A stretch of 64,000 nt of DNA from the NCBI GenBank assembly GCA_049515895.1, contig JBEKTQ010000012.1:25026-89025 (forward strand). Direction: 5' to 3'. Shown piece by piece: positions 1 to 11,221 of the stretch (position 1 is its first letter; every line of letters begins with the position of its first letter). This DNA comes from Candidatus Bathyarchaeia archaeon (GTDB lineage: Archaea; Thermoproteota; Bathyarchaeia; Bathyarchaeales; Bathycorpusculaceae). Under the pieces are notes generated by a model that was not told the origin of the DNA, made no database searches, and saw only the letters and a list, made by a program, of their open reading frames with translations. A program made the translations under genes and the position numbers.

Positions 1-169
1 TTTACACCAATTAAGGACAAGCCAGCGCGCTCGGGTGGTGGGAAAGGCGGTGTGGGAGTCACATAATTGGCAAAAAATTAGAGCAAAAATAGGAAAGGAA
101 TAACTATCTACAGACTTACAGACTTAGCGAAGCAACAAAAGATAGAAGAATTGGTTAAATATTTTAGTT

Positions 170-1045
170 TTAAGTCTTAGCCAAAGTAACGGAGTAAACC
201 GCAAAATCTTTACCCATAAGTAGACCTTCCTTCGTGTCAGAAGAGAACAATCTATCTTCAGGAAGTGCCGTAGTTTCTATGCCTAACATGCTACACAATT
301 CGGCATATTCATCAAGCGTGAGGTGCCCCCGTCCCTTTCCGAAGTTCACATCAAAAGTTAAAACGAGCAATGCGTTTTTTCTCAGGACTCTTAACATTTC
401 ATTGATGGAACCTTTAAGCATTAATTTGGAGTTCTCAGAAGAAATCAGTGTGTGCTCAAGAACAGAAATACATGTCGCCCCATCAAAGTATGAGTCTGCA
501 AAAGGGAGTTTCAATATGCTTCCAAAGGTGGGTTTGAGATTGGATAATCCTAACTGCTTTTTCATATTCGCAGCTTTCTCAAGAGATGGCAAGTAAGGGT
601 CTACGGAGTGGACTTCAAATCCTTTTTCCGCAAGGTAAAACTGGAATGAGTTAACCCCGCAACCACAATCCAAGACTCTGCCGCCTTTTTTTGTATCTCT
701 GAGTTGATAAGCTGCATATGGATACTCGTATATTCTACTCCAGTGGCTACTTTGGAGAACTCCTGGCAAAATATATGTCCTATTTATTTTGTCAATGTTT
801 GCAAGTTTTGATAGGACATTTTCAGTGTCGAATGAATTTGTTTTCCTTGCCCATCCAGAATGTAAGACGATGAAATTTTGTTTTCGTTCTGCGGAACTAC
901 GAGCGAGTCCAACAAATCGCGTTATTTCCCTTTTTTTTACAAAAGATTTGATTAATGGTAAATGGTGTAATCCTCTTGAAACGAAGTCTCTGGACTTTGA
1001 AGGGGCATAAGCAATTTTCAATATTGATGTCTCCCAGTAACCCAA
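170..1045 (-). CDS. Class I SAM-dependent methyltransferase
   Basis: VLDCGCG motif I and FADSYFDGATCISVLEH post-II motif. Confidence 0.85.
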   Translation of the reverse strand: MGYWETSILKIAYAPSKSRDFVSRGLHHLPLIKSFVKKREITRFVGLARSSAERKQNFIVLHSGWARKTNSFDTENVLSKLANIDKINRTYILPGVLQSSHWSRIYEYPYAAYQLRDTKKGGRVLDCGCGVNSFQFYLAEKGFEVHSVDPYLPSLEKAANMKKQLGLSNLKPTFGSILKLPFADSYFDGATCISVLEHTLISSENSKLMLKGSINEMLRVLRKNALLVLTFDVNFGKGRGHLTLDEYAELCSMLGIETTALPEDRLFSSDTKEGLLMGKDFAVYSVTLAKT

Positions 1046-1691
1046 TTAATGCTTAGATTTAGATGGGAGTACAATATTGCTGAAGAATAAATATAAAACT
1101 AACTAATTGAAAACTGTCAGCAACCGAATTTACCCATGAACCCCCGAAACTGCAAAACAACCGAGAACCATCCAGATCGAGTGACCGCTATCTAGGGCAT
1201 TTTAACTATTATCGACATTTTATCGAGACTAATAAAATGAAATAGCACCCGACAAGCCGCACCCAAAACAATCACCCGAAGAAACACCAGAACCCGAGAT
1301 TGATTGTTCATTAAATAAACAATCGTTTACTGCAAGGAAATCAAACAACATCAATTTCTTACTCCAAAGTTTTTTCTTTTTGCTGCAAAACTGCATCTAA
1401 ATCGTTAGATGTTTTCAGCTATGATTTCAAGTTCTTTTCTTACAGCCTTGTCCCAAGCGTATTGGTGCGCGTGACAATTGCAAGGACTTGTTTAAAACTA
1501 AACACCATCGCGAATATTTTAAGAAAAATGACTTTGAAAAACTTATAGACGCATATGTTTACTTCGCGCGCGAGTTTGTGTCTAGTCATGAGTATGTTCA
1601 AAGTTATCTGGCGAGGCTGAATTAGAATCTGGGGACACTGAAATTCTGTTCGATTATTATGCCATTACTAAGGAATAAGATTGATGGCGCT

Positions 1692-3449
1692 TCAACCTGA
1701 CGCACCAGTAGCATTTGTCAAACTTGATGACACATATACAGTATTAAAACGGTTGTCATATACTCTGTCCCAAGCTGTAGACTCGTTCAGATAAGAAATT
1801 CGCTGTTCATAGTCACTGGAGATTGTTCCAGTATATTCAAAATAGCGAATTTCTTTAATTGAAAAAACAAGCACCTGAGGGTTATTCAACCATGCTATAA
1901 AGATATATGGTGATGTAAGAGTGCTAGACGGGTGGGCTATTTGAATATTCGCAATTGCAGGATCCTGGTAGAAATACGTAGCATATCCTCCTATAGTCCA
2001 TGGAAAAGCTATTGGTACAGCTAGAGGAGTGAATTTTAATAAGAACCTACTAGTAGAAAAGTCCGAACTGAGGACCTTTTCAGTTGAATCTAGTTGGTGA
2101 TGATAGATAAATGCCAAAGGAAGAATTATAATAAGTAAGCAAATTCCCAATGTTCTCAAGTGTTTTGTAAACCGAATCTTTTTGCTGATAACAGAAACAC
2201 CTTCTAGACCAAATATAGCTAACGCGCAGATTGGAAAATACAAAAATTGGAAAGGACGATCTGCCCATAGACCATTAAAAAGAAAAATTGGGAAAACACT
2301 TACGATTAATAGACCTATTAAAAACTCAAAAAGCACTAATGGAATTGCTTTTGTTTTTCGTCGGAACCAGATAAAGATTAATCCAACAACAGCAGCCCCA
2401 GCCATAAAAAATTGAAAACCTTTTGTGAAAAGCGAAAGGGACTTTGAGGAAAATGTAGAAAGTGGTTGCAAAAGTAAACTTGTCGGTGAGTGGATTCCAG
2501 CTTGTAATAAAGAAGAGAAGGAGTTTATTAGCGCTTCAAAATTTTCAGTTGCGAAAAAAATCCACCAAGCAATCAATATTCCAACTATAAACAAAAGAAA
2601 TTGGATGGATATAGTTACGCCAATCTTTCTCTTAAACAGTTTTTGACCTAAGTAGACCCCAAAAAAGGTTGCAATCATAAACACGCTCGTAATAGGATGC
2701 GTCATTGAAATGATAGCGCTGATAAGTACAAGAAGATAGGTTGCGTATCTTGATTTAATGGAGCTTTCGCCTAAAAACAGAAACACAAAAATGCCCATAA
2801 AGTAAAGAACTAGAGCAAAGTTTTGAGGACAAAATTGAGTGAAAAAATCAGTATTTACAAGGAAATAAAGAATAGGCAGAATAAACCCATTTCGGGAACC
2901 CAATATTCTTTGACCAATAACCAACAAAAACAAAGAAATTAGCAAAACAAAAATCGTGTTAAGAATAATTCCTAGCTCAAGAAGTGACGCTCCTCCAGTT
3001 ACTCCAATAAGATTTCCAATAATAGCCACCATATAGAAAGTGCCTGGAAACTGAAGATACCCAGTGGCCGGAAGGTGCACACCAGCATTCAAAATTATGT
3101 TTTCAGCATAGGCTAAATGTACAACTGCATCATTAATCGTATAAATTGATGGAAACTGGCTTATGGGTAGAGAGGCGTACATCATCCAAGGTACAAAAAT
3201 AGTCAGGAATAACTTTTCTAGCTTGATCTCAAATTTACTTTGTGCAAAAAGAATTTGAATTATTACTAAAGCCAGAATAAGAGCAGTAAAAAGCCAATAA
3301 GACCATGGGAGCATACTAATAATATCAGGCGGCCCAGAATTAGGCTCAAAATACAATGCATAGCTAATCCTAAAAAAAGGATAACCAAAAAGCAAAAAAA
3401 ATGAAGCAAAAACTGAGAAAATAAATACTAGTTTACGGGCATTCTTCAA
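1692..3449 (-). CDS. Polytopic membrane protein of glycosylation cluster (GT-C/polymerase-like)
   Basis: About 13 hydrophobic segments, YLQFPG and HPITS motifs, C-terminal RVYDN motif, context among GTs. Confidence 0.6.
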   Translation of the reverse strand: MKNARKLVFIFSVFASFFLLFGYPFFRISYALYFEPNSGPPDIISMLPWSYWLFTALILALVIIQILFAQSKFEIKLEKLFLTIFVPWMMYASLPISQFPSIYTINDAVVHLAYAENIILNAGVHLPATGYLQFPGTFYMVAIIGNLIGVTGGASLLELGIILNTIFVLLISLFLLVIGQRILGSRNGFILPILYFLVNTDFFTQFCPQNFALVLYFMGIFVFLFLGESSIKSRYATYLLVLISAIISMTHPITSVFMIATFFGVYLGQKLFKRKIGVTISIQFLLFIVGILIAWWIFFATENFEALINSFSSLLQAGIHSPTSLLLQPLSTFSSKSLSLFTKGFQFFMAGAAVVGLIFIWFRRKTKAIPLVLFEFLIGLLIVSVFPIFLFNGLWADRPFQFLYFPICALAIFGLEGVSVISKKIRFTKHLRTLGICLLIIILPLAFIYHHQLDSTEKVLSSDFSTSRFLLKFTPLAVPIAFPWTIGGYATYFYQDPAIANIQIAHPSSTLTSPYIFIAWLNNPQVLVFSIKEIRYFEYTGTISSDYEQRISYLNESTAWDRVYDNRFNTVYVSSSLTNATGASG

Positions 3450-3528
3450 TGCTCTATTACCTTCTTGTTATCTCTTTCCAATTCATTGACCATCGCGTTA
3501 CGAGACCATTTTGGTGAGAAACAAGGTG

Positions 3529-4479
3529 TTAACTAAAAAAGCCCCTTAATTGACCTAAACCTTGTGAATAGCTCCATATTATTGAAGCTAAAATGATAAA
3601 AGGGAAAAGAGAAAGCTGTTCTTCTTTTACACTTGCATATAAAGACACAACTAAAAGCAGAAATATACCCACCAATAGAATACCAACCACAATCGTCAGA
3701 AAGCCTAGGATAGCCAAAATAGGGAGAAATACAAAGGACCCAAAAATCAATAATTGGGCTAAAAAGTTGCTTGCTTTAATCGCTGACAAATTTGAACGTT
3801 CCCATTTTCCTGTTCCTACCCCAAACCTGAATTGCTGCTTCCAATATTGTCTAACACTGCATCGACGGTTATGCACGACAAATAGACTGCCCAAATACCG
3901 TATCTGTTTGCCTGCTTGTTTTAACCGGAAATGTAATTCAGTTTCCTCAGCCGTGGGTAGTTTCTCGTTAAACCCGCCTGCATCGATAAGAGTCGCCTTT
4001 CTATATGCTGAATTACACCCTATAACATTGTCACAAGCAGCGCGCGTGCTCTCCCATGAATTAGTTAGCGATAATAAATCGTTTTGTACTGCTCCGAATG
4101 CTTTTTCAATTTTACTTGATTTTTCAGGTGTTTTTGTTGAACCGCCTAAGACATCCAAAGTCTCGTCCTCAAAATTTGACACTATTTGTGTCAACCAATC
4201 TTTTGGGACTTCACAATCATCATCAGTAAATGCAATAATATCTCCTTGAGCATGTTGGATTCCGACGTTACATCCTGAGGCGCGAGTTTCGCCTTCTTCA
4301 AAAAAGACTTTATTTGTATATTTCTTTGCAATTTCAATTGTATTATCTTTGGAGTGCCCATCGACAACAATAATTTCAAAATTCGTATATTCTTGCCTAA
4401 CAAGTGATTGCAGGCAATTGCTCAAAGTGCTAGATGAATTCTTTGTCGGAATTACGACTGAAACATGTGGATCGCCCAT
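3529..4479 (-). CDS. Glycosyltransferase family 2
   Basis: VSVVIPTKN, IIVVDGHSKD, FTDDD motifs; C-terminal TM helices. Confidence 0.92.
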   Translation of the reverse strand: MGDPHVSVVIPTKNSSSTLSNCLQSLVRQEYTNFEIIVVDGHSKDNTIEIAKKYTNKVFFEEGETRASGCNVGIQHAQGDIIAFTDDDCEVPKDWLTQIVSNFEDETLDVLGGSTKTPEKSSKIEKAFGAVQNDLLSLTNSWESTRAACDNVIGCNSAYRKATLIDAGGFNEKLPTAEETELHFRLKQAGKQIRYLGSLFVVHNRRCSVRQYWKQQFRFGVGTGKWERSNLSAIKASNFLAQLLIFGSFVFLPILAILGFLTIVVGILLVGIFLLLVVSLYASVKEEQLSLFPFIILASIIWSYSQGLGQLRGFFS

Positions 4480-4601
4480 AATGAATCAACTCAATTTTTT
4501 TTCGCTGAAATTAACCTTCTGTAATCCTTTGTATCTAGCAGTAAGCCATTTTTCACATTTTCAATCAGTTCGGAAGAAAAAGGTAGGTTGTGAGTCCGCA
4601 G

Positions 4602-6467
4602 TTAAGCGGGCAACTCTAAATCGCGTTTGTTTATCCATCTTTCAAACCAGACCCCAAAAAGAAAGAGCCTAATTTTGTAGCGACCGTATAGTTTGTTCTT
4701 TTTTCTAAGAACTTTTTCGTTAAAAAACTTGGATAATTCTGGGTCTATTTCATTTAAACGATCAGCACTTTGTTTCAAGTACGTTGCATATCTTTCATCT
4801 AATATCCAATCTTGCAATGGGGGATCAAATCCCCTTTTGCCCCGATGTCGTATCTCATCTGGGACAATGCCTTTCGTTATCTCTTTCAAAAGTTTTTTTG
4901 ATTTGAATAGATCAACTTGCAGCTCTGTTGGTATTCGCTGAGAGAATTCGGCGAATCGGTAATCCAGAAAAGGGCTTCGAACCTCTAAGGCGTAAGCCAT
5001 TGAAGCTCTATCCACCTTTTCTAGGTAATTATCAGGCAAAGTATTAAACAGCATATCATATAATCGTAGAACATCGGCAAAGTTATCTGCACCGGATTCC
5101 ATAGATATTTTCAGTTTGTCCTTTGTCCATTCTTTGTAAATGTTAGGAAGGAATAAGTCAGTCTCTAAGGCATTTGCAAAGAAAAGCGTCGGATCATAAA
5201 GTGACACTTGAAAACCCTTTTTTAGCAGATATAAAGAAACATATCCATTGAGGTTTTCATTTGCAGGGATTTTCGATAAAAGAACTCTCAAGGATCGTGG
5301 GATTTTCCGAATCATTTGCATTCTGTATCCGATCAAATAGACAGGATATCCGCCGAACATTTCGTCACCGCCGTCACCGCTTAGCGCTACAGTAACGTGT
5401 TCTCGGGCCATCTTGCTAAGTGTTAATGTGGGAAATGCTGAGTAATCAGCGAGCGGTTCATCAAAAATAAACGCATATGTATCAATTAGTTTTTCAAAAT
5501 CATCTTGTACAAAATAACTATGATGATGTTTACTATGAAAATAGCCCTTGGCAATATTGATGAATGGCGTTTCATCATATTTTCCTTCAAAGCCTATTGA
5601 GAAAGTATGAAGATTTTTGACATTTGTAAATTCACTCATGGTTCCTACTGTCGTAGTCGAATCTAGTCCTCCACTTAAGAAAGCACCAATCGGCACATCA
5701 GCAATCATGCGCAGTCTAACCGCATTCTTCAGCAGTTCCCTGCCTTCTTCAATAAGTTTTTTGGAGTTATACTCAGGCTCGTATTTTGGAATTTTGTAAT
5801 AGTACCATTTTTCGGTCTTTTTAGTTTTGAGATCAAAAACTAGGTTCTGCCGAGCTTCAAGTTTGTACACATTATTGTAAATGGTATATGGAGATGGAAT
5901 AAAGCCCAACGTAAAATAAAGATTCAATGCGTCTACGTTAATATTTTCTTTCCTATTCAAGGAAAGATTATCATGAGTTAATATTCCTTTTAATTCTGAA
6001 CTGAAAATAAATTTGCCTTGATCAAGAAAATAATGGAAGGGTTTAACTCCTAATCTATCTCTAGAGCAGAAAAGAATTATTTTACTGCGATCAAAAATAA
6101 CGAATGCCCACATTCCATTAAAATGATTTACACAATCGAAACCCCATTCTAAATAGCTTGCCAATATAACCTCTGTGTCTGTTCTTGAATTGAAAGTGTA
6201 TCCTTTGCTTTCCAAATCTTTTCTTATGGTCTCGAAATTATAGATTTCCCCGTTGAAAACAATTATCGATGATTTGCCATTATGCTCATACACCATCGGT
6301 TGGTGTCCAGCTTTACTTAAATCTATAATGGCAAGTCGAACATGTCCCAGAGTTACGTTTTCATCAGCAAAAACACCTTCATCATCTGGACCCCTGTGCT
6401 TTATTGCTTTATTCATAACTTCCGCTCGATGTTTATCAACGAAATTGAACCCGTTAATACCACACAC
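4602..6467 (-). CDS. asnB: Asparagine synthase (glutamine-hydrolysing)-like amidotransferase
   Basis: MCGI N-terminus, HRGPD, FNGEIYN, LSGGLDS, SGDGGDE, EVRSPFLD. Confidence 0.95.
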   Translation of the reverse strand: MCGINGFNFVDKHRAEVMNKAIKHRGPDDEGVFADENVTLGHVRLAIIDLSKAGHQPMVYEHNGKSSIIVFNGEIYNFETIRKDLESKGYTFNSRTDTEVILASYLEWGFDCVNHFNGMWAFVIFDRSKIILFCSRDRLGVKPFHYFLDQGKFIFSSELKGILTHDNLSLNRKENINVDALNLYFTLGFIPSPYTIYNNVYKLEARQNLVFDLKTKKTEKWYYYKIPKYEPEYNSKKLIEEGRELLKNAVRLRMIADVPIGAFLSGGLDSTTTVGTMSEFTNVKNLHTFSIGFEGKYDETPFINIAKGYFHSKHHHSYFVQDDFEKLIDTYAFIFDEPLADYSAFPTLTLSKMAREHVTVALSGDGGDEMFGGYPVYLIGYRMQMIRKIPRSLRVLLSKIPANENLNGYVSLYLLKKGFQVSLYDPTLFFANALETDLFLPNIYKEWTKDKLKISMESGADNFADVLRLYDMLFNTLPDNYLEKVDRASMAYALEVRSPFLDYRFAEFSQRIPTELQVDLFKSKKLLKEITKGIVPDEIRHRGKRGFDPPLQDWILDERYATYLKQSADRLNEIDPELSKFFNEKVLRKKNKLYGRYKIRLFLFGVWFERWINKRDLELPA

Positions 6468-6552
6468 TCAATAAGCCTCCAATAATAGTAGCAGGGTTAG
6501 TAAATCACAAATTGCCGAAGCAGCACCCTTCATATTTTAGACGTTTTCGAAT

Positions 6553-7611
6553 TTACGGGCCGCGCTGGGTTTTCCAGCTTATCTTGCTCGGAGTAAACAA
6601 TGCAATGAATAGACTCAGTTCTCTGTACAAGTAGCCGAAAACCGCTATTCTTACTTTTGGAATTAATAAGAAGAGCAATAATAATAACAAAAACCAGTAC
6701 TTCACCATTACAAATGGAAGGAGAATAAGAAGTATAACTGTAAAAAATGGCGAGATTATATAATTATATAATGAAAAAGGATATATTATTTTTCCAAAAT
6801 ATCCAAAACGACCTAACACACCGATATTCTGCATGACTCTGCTAGTCAAGCCTCTACCTCGACGGATCTCTTGCCTCGCCCGCACAACAGCTGATTTGCT
6901 AATGTACTCAGACACTAATGCGTTGGGTTCATATACTGCTCTATATCCTAATCGTCTTACTTTGTAGGCTATGCAAATATCGTCGCAGTTCGTGTTTGTA
7001 TCAATTTTAAACCGTTGAACCAGTTCGCCTCTGATTGCCATCAGCGGTCCGTTAAAAACTGAACACGAATCCAGGTTAGACTCCGCTTTTCGCCACATTT
7101 CGGTTAAGTTTCGGTACATTTCTTCTTCTTTCTGCATTGTGTTACTTCGTCCTCTTGTTACCAGTTTTCCAGTGACTGCCCCCACAGATGGATCATTAAA
7201 ATTTGAAATCAATTTACAAATTGAATTTTCTTGGAGCAACGCATCTGCATCAGTGACCACGATAATATCTGCGTTAAGCTTATCAAATATCCAGTTAAGG
7301 GCTTTTCCCTTTCCCTTGCCGGCAAGACTTTTCCAAACAAACAAATTCTCTAAGTTATGATTGCGATGGTATTCTTCGGCTAACCCGAAAGTATTGTCAG
7401 TACTGCTATCATCTAAAACATATACGTTCGATTCGTTGTTGAATGAAAGAGCATTAAAAGAGTTATCAAGTTTTTCGATAATTACCCGCTCTTCATTATA
7501 ACAAGGTATAACGAGAGCTATCTTGAAAGATGATGTTTCCGCTTTTGAAATGCCAGAAGTTCGTCTTGACGCCCAGAAGGCAAACATATTAAAAAGAATA
7601 AACTCGGCCAC
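6553..7611 (-). CDS. Glycosyltransferase family 2 (processive/CesA-like)
   Basis: IPCYNEE, DDSSTD, TDAD, CDD and QEIRR (QxxRW-like) motifs; true start may be slightly upstream. Confidence 0.88.
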   Translation of the reverse strand: MAEFILFNMFAFWASRRTSGISKAETSSFKIALVIPCYNEERVIIEKLDNSFNALSFNNESNVYVLDDSSTDNTFGLAEEYHRNHNLENLFVWKSLAGKGKGKALNWIFDKLNADIIVVTDADALLQENSICKLISNFNDPSVGAVTGKLVTRGRSNTMQKEEEMYRNLTEMWRKAESNLDSCSVFNGPLMAIRGELVQRFKIDTNTNCDDICIAYKVRRLGYRAVYEPNALVSEYISKSAVVRARQEIRRGRGLTSRVMQNIGVLGRFGYFGKIIYPFSLYNYIISPFFTVILLILLPFVMVKYWFLLLLLLFLLIPKVRIAVFGYLYRELSLFIALFTPSKISWKTQRGP

Positions 7612-7816
7612 TTGAATAGAAAGAATAATTGCAAAAATTTCTACAACAAGTTCGATATAGCTTCACCTTTAGCTTTCTTTAAACCAGATATAAAATACTC
7701 AGGAATAAATATTTAAACGACTTGAAAATTCAGGTTGACCCGGAACATTGCTTAACCGAATGACCATTGAATATTGCTGTGCTACATTTGAGATTAGAGT
7801 TAGCAACAAATAGGGC

Positions 7817-8416
7817 TTATGAATTTCTTGTAAGATTCAGTTGAAGGTCATCAAAACGGCTGTCAAACTGGATCGAATTAGATTGGAGGTTGTATCTCCA
7901 CAATTCAAAGAGTAGTTGATATGCGAATGTGGATCTATTTGAATCCCACATCGCGGGCTTATCCACATTAAAATCCACATTGTTTAATTGTAAAGTGTTT
8001 ATCTGTGAATTATTTCCTGAGATTGAAGCGCTAGAAACTGAAAAATTCAAGAGACTTTCCCAATTCAGGCCATCTTGAATGGAAAACCTATATTCAAATA
8101 AGGGCTGAAGAGAACTCGGCGTTCCAAGGGTATCATTTGGCATTTGATCAGTTTCATTACCAAGCTTCACATACAAAACATAGTAAGCTGAAGACCCCAA
8201 CTGGTTTCCTACACTTACATAAACTGAGTAATTCTGGCCGACAGCAATGTTAGATGGGTAATTTTCAGCCATCTGGTTTGGACCTAAAAGATAAAGCTCA
8301 GAAAACTGCTCTCCGCCTGGAAGGCGAATAGCACTGTAAAGCGCGGGAGTTGTAATGAGCAAAACTCCAATTAAGCCCACAGCGATGAAAATTACTTTAT
8401 AATCTCCAAGCTTCAT
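7817..8416 (-). CDS. DUF1616-like membrane-anchored protein
   Basis: EQFSELYLLGP...AENYP motif after an N-terminal TM helix. Confidence 0.75.
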   Translation of the reverse strand: MKLGDYKVIFIAVGLIGVLLITTPALYSAIRLPGGEQFSELYLLGPNQMAENYPSNIAVGQNYSVYVSVGNQLGSSAYYVLYVKLGNETDQMPNDTLGTPSSLQPLFEYRFSIQDGLNWESLLNFSVSSASISGNNSQINTLQLNNVDFNVDKPAMWDSNRSTFAYQLLFELWRYNLQSNSIQFDSRFDDLQLNLTRNS

Positions 8417-8423
8417 TAGTCGT

Positions 8424-8870
8424 TCAACTCGGGTTTTGCTTTATATAACTCTTGATATAACTCCGCTTGAACCAATACCAAACCAGAAACAAAGCCAGAA
8501 CGAAATCAAAAGCACCAATCACGGTATACGTAATGGTGAGCCAAAAGGCGTTTTGACCAGAAACAATAGCGGTTTGTTTGGCGTTTTGAGCGGCGGTTGT
8601 TACTTCTTGTGCAATTGGGAGAGCGCTGTCTGCTAGGGCTGCGGCTGCGTTGGAATCTCCAGTTCGGTATGAGTTCTCCGCTTGAGCCAAGTCGCCTTCA
8701 GCAATATTTAGTTGAACCAGTAAACCAGTAGCGTTTGCGCCTGCTTTTTCAGCGTCCAAAACAGCATTGAAAGCTCCATCTATAGCAGTGTTGGCTGCTT
8801 GCAGTTTCGACGCAGTTTGGTCAGCTTGGGCAAAAACATAATGCCCACTGTAAAGGCAGGTGCCAAACAC
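8424..8870 (-). CDS. Hypothetical membrane-anchored helical protein
   Basis: Ala-rich helical body with C-terminal TM; frame stays open upstream through a signal-like hydrophobic stretch. Confidence 0.6.
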   Translation of the reverse strand: MFGTCLYSGHYVFAQADQTASKLQAANTAIDGAFNAVLDAEKAGANATGLLVQLNIAEGDLAQAENSYRTGDSNAAAALADSALPIAQEVTTAAQNAKQTAIVSGQNAFWLTITYTVIGAFDFVLALFLVWYWFKRSYIKSYIKQNPS

Positions 8871-9140
8871 CAGGAAAAAGAAAAGAGTAACGACGAAAAG
8901 TTTACAGCATTTTTTTATTTGTTGTTGCCCCCAAGCTAAATGTTACTTTACGTTGATGTCAGTGTTTGGTTTAGGTTTTAGACAGAGCTGTTCAAGGGAG
9001 CAATTTTATTTAATTCTCTAAGCCGCCAACATAGGGAGCTTAACGGTCACTTGTGAAACACAGATTTACAACAAAACCTCAAAACATTCAATCTTTACAA
9101 AGCAACTTAAAGTTCCAAAGGAAGTTGACCTGGAATCTTT

Positions 9141-10061
9141 TCAAGAGGTCTCCCGTAGCTCGCTACTGCCAGTTGAGAGTGTATGCGCAGGTTTTGAGGA
9201 AATATTAGTGGAGTTTAAGCGGCTCTTTCTCTTTGAAACGTCAGTTCTAAAGAAAATGGCGAGCAGCTTGGCGAGACTCTTAACGCCGTCAAAGTATACT
9301 AATTTGGAAACGCCATAGTTTCGGTAAGAATATGGAATGTGAACCTCGGTGAATCTTCGAGAACGATTGAAACCCAAGCAGGTTATTTCAATCTCAACGG
9401 CAAAGCCATTTTCTTTTAGCTTTACAGAATCAAGAACCGACCGTCTGAATGCTTTTTGCCCCGTCATAATATCGGTGATTTCTACGTTATACATCAATCG
9501 CGTAACCATGGATAAAATGCGGTTTCCCCAGAAGTGAGCAATACTCATCCCTTCAGGTTTACTTCTAAACCTTGTACCGTAGATTATGTCCATTGAACCA
9601 TCGGCTATTGGTTTCACCAAAGATGGAAGACAATCGGGCAGGTATTCTAAATCTGCATCCTGAATTACAAGAATCTGGCCATGCGAGCTTTTTATACCAG
9701 TGCGTATTGCTGCGCCTTTGCCCATGTTATGTTCATGCCGAATATACTTTACTATGGGAAACGCAGCAACTTTTTCACCAGTGCGATCTGTTGAGCCATC
9801 GTCTACAACTATAATTTCCACGTTGCCCATGGACCCGCTCACGTTGACTACTCTTTGTAAGACCTCGCCAATGGTTTCTTCTTCACAGTAGGCAGGTATA
9901 ATGACGCTTACATCAGGGATCGATGCTTGTTCCAGCATAAAGTCTAGGACTCCATTAAGTTGGGCAGATAAAAAAACTACTTTTTGTCCAAAGACGCAAC
10001 AATCGGTTTTTGTTAAAACAAACAAAGAAGACAAAAAAAAAATAACACGTTGAAGGTTCAA
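9141..10061 (-). CDS. Glycosyltransferase family 2 (DPM-synthase-like)
   Basis: IIPAYCEE, VDDGSTD, GKGAA, QDADLEY; true start probably the internal MLEQ. Confidence 0.9.
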   Translation of the reverse strand: MNLQRVIFFLSSLFVLTKTDCCVFGQKVVFLSAQLNGVLDFMLEQASIPDVSVIIPAYCEEETIGEVLQRVVNVSGSMGNVEIIVVDDGSTDRTGEKVAAFPIVKYIRHEHNMGKGAAIRTGIKSSHGQILVIQDADLEYLPDCLPSLVKPIADGSMDIIYGTRFRSKPEGMSIAHFWGNRILSMVTRLMYNVEITDIMTGQKAFRRSVLDSVKLKENGFAVEIEITCLGFNRSRRFTEVHIPYSYRNYGVSKLVYFDGVKSLAKLLAIFFRTDVSKRKSRLNSTNISSKPAHTLSTGSSELRETS

Positions 10062-10166
10062 AACAAAATTTTAAGACTAAAATTGAAAGCAAATATTTAG
10101 GTCTAAAGCAAACGGGCGATTCGCAGCCTTCCAAAATATTTTACAGAACCATAAAAAAATAGAGAG

Positions 10167-10904
10167 CTATACCAAGGCGTTTCGCTTCGTTTTTCCCCTA
10201 AAATAAGCATCAGCTCTTCGCAAGTGCTCCAAGTTTCCTACATCGTACCAGTTGTTTTGAGTAGCGAAAGAGTAAACTCGTTCTTTTGCCTTTAACATTT
10301 TAGGAATACCATTGCTTGCAATGTCTTCGCCGGGCTCAAAATATTTCATAACTCTGGGTTCAAAAACTGCCATGCCGATCCAAGAAGGCTTTTCCAATTT
10401 AGGCTTTTCCATGAAATCTTTTACTGCGCCGTTTTTCCCTATTTTCAAAATTCCAACTGGAAGTTTAAGCTCCATGGTAAACGGAAGTGTTGCAGCAGCT
10501 TTCTTTGCCCTGTGGAAACTCACAAGATCCTTAAAAGATACTTCAGTTAGGTCGTCGCCGTATCTCAAAATGAAAGTATCAGTGATAAAGCCATTACCTT
10601 GCGCACATAAAAGTTCGTCAACCGTGCCTTTTGTTTCAGAATTGACGCTGAACTTTATGTCGAGATCCCTGAATTCATACCTATAGTTTAATTCATCCTT
10701 TTTGTTTATGCATAAAACAATGTCATCAAAACCTTGGGAGAGGGCATCTTCAATTATCCATCTCACACAAGGTTTCCCAGCTACAGGAATCAGACATTTA
10801 GGAATTACGCTAGAAAATGGAAATAAACGCTCTCCTTTCCCGCCAGCCAAAACTAGAAATTTTACGTCACTTTTCATTTCATCAAACTCCTTTCTCGCGT
10901 GCAA
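10167..10904 (-). CDS. Sugar-phosphate nucleotidyltransferase
   Basis: LAGGKGERL...PKCLIPVAGKP, YGDD, EKP, WYDVG. Confidence 0.92.
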   Translation of the reverse strand: MHARKEFDEMKSDVKFLVLAGGKGERLFPFSSVIPKCLIPVAGKPCVRWIIEDALSQGFDDIVLCINKKDELNYRYEFRDLDIKFSVNSETKGTVDELLCAQGNGFITDTFILRYGDDLTEVSFKDLVSFHRAKKAAATLPFTMELKLPVGILKIGKNGAVKDFMEKPKLEKPSWIGMAVFEPRVMKYFEPGEDIASNGIPKMLKAKERVYSFATQNNWYDVGNLEHLRRADAYFRGKTKRNALV

Positions 10905-11221
10905 TCATGATGCTTAGACGATCACGATTCTTACCCAACACAACCACCCTTGCAAACGGGCAAGCTAAAATGAAACATCAAAGTCACAGCTATCCAATCC
11001 CCTTCTGACGAAGGCAGATGCGAAGCGGAAGCTACCCTAACTGGACTTTAAGTCTCTATTTCCCTTCTCCTCAAGCGGTAAACCCAATCTTTCACTGCAA
11101 ACCCTTAAAAGACTTCTGCATAAACGAGCCGTAGCAGTATCAGCTCTATCCACAAGAATCCCCGAAAGAGCCTGTCCTTGCACGCTGAAAAAACTTGTGT
11201 TAAACCGCTCAGAATCCGCGT

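Noticed and set aside
1405-1480. Minus-strand AHQYAWDKAV, like a GT4 C-terminal remnant
   Set aside because: Too short to support a call
3593-4249. Long antisense ORFs (also 16798-17229, 27502-27984, 39507-40061)
   Set aside because: Shadow frames of well-supported genes with no motifs of their own
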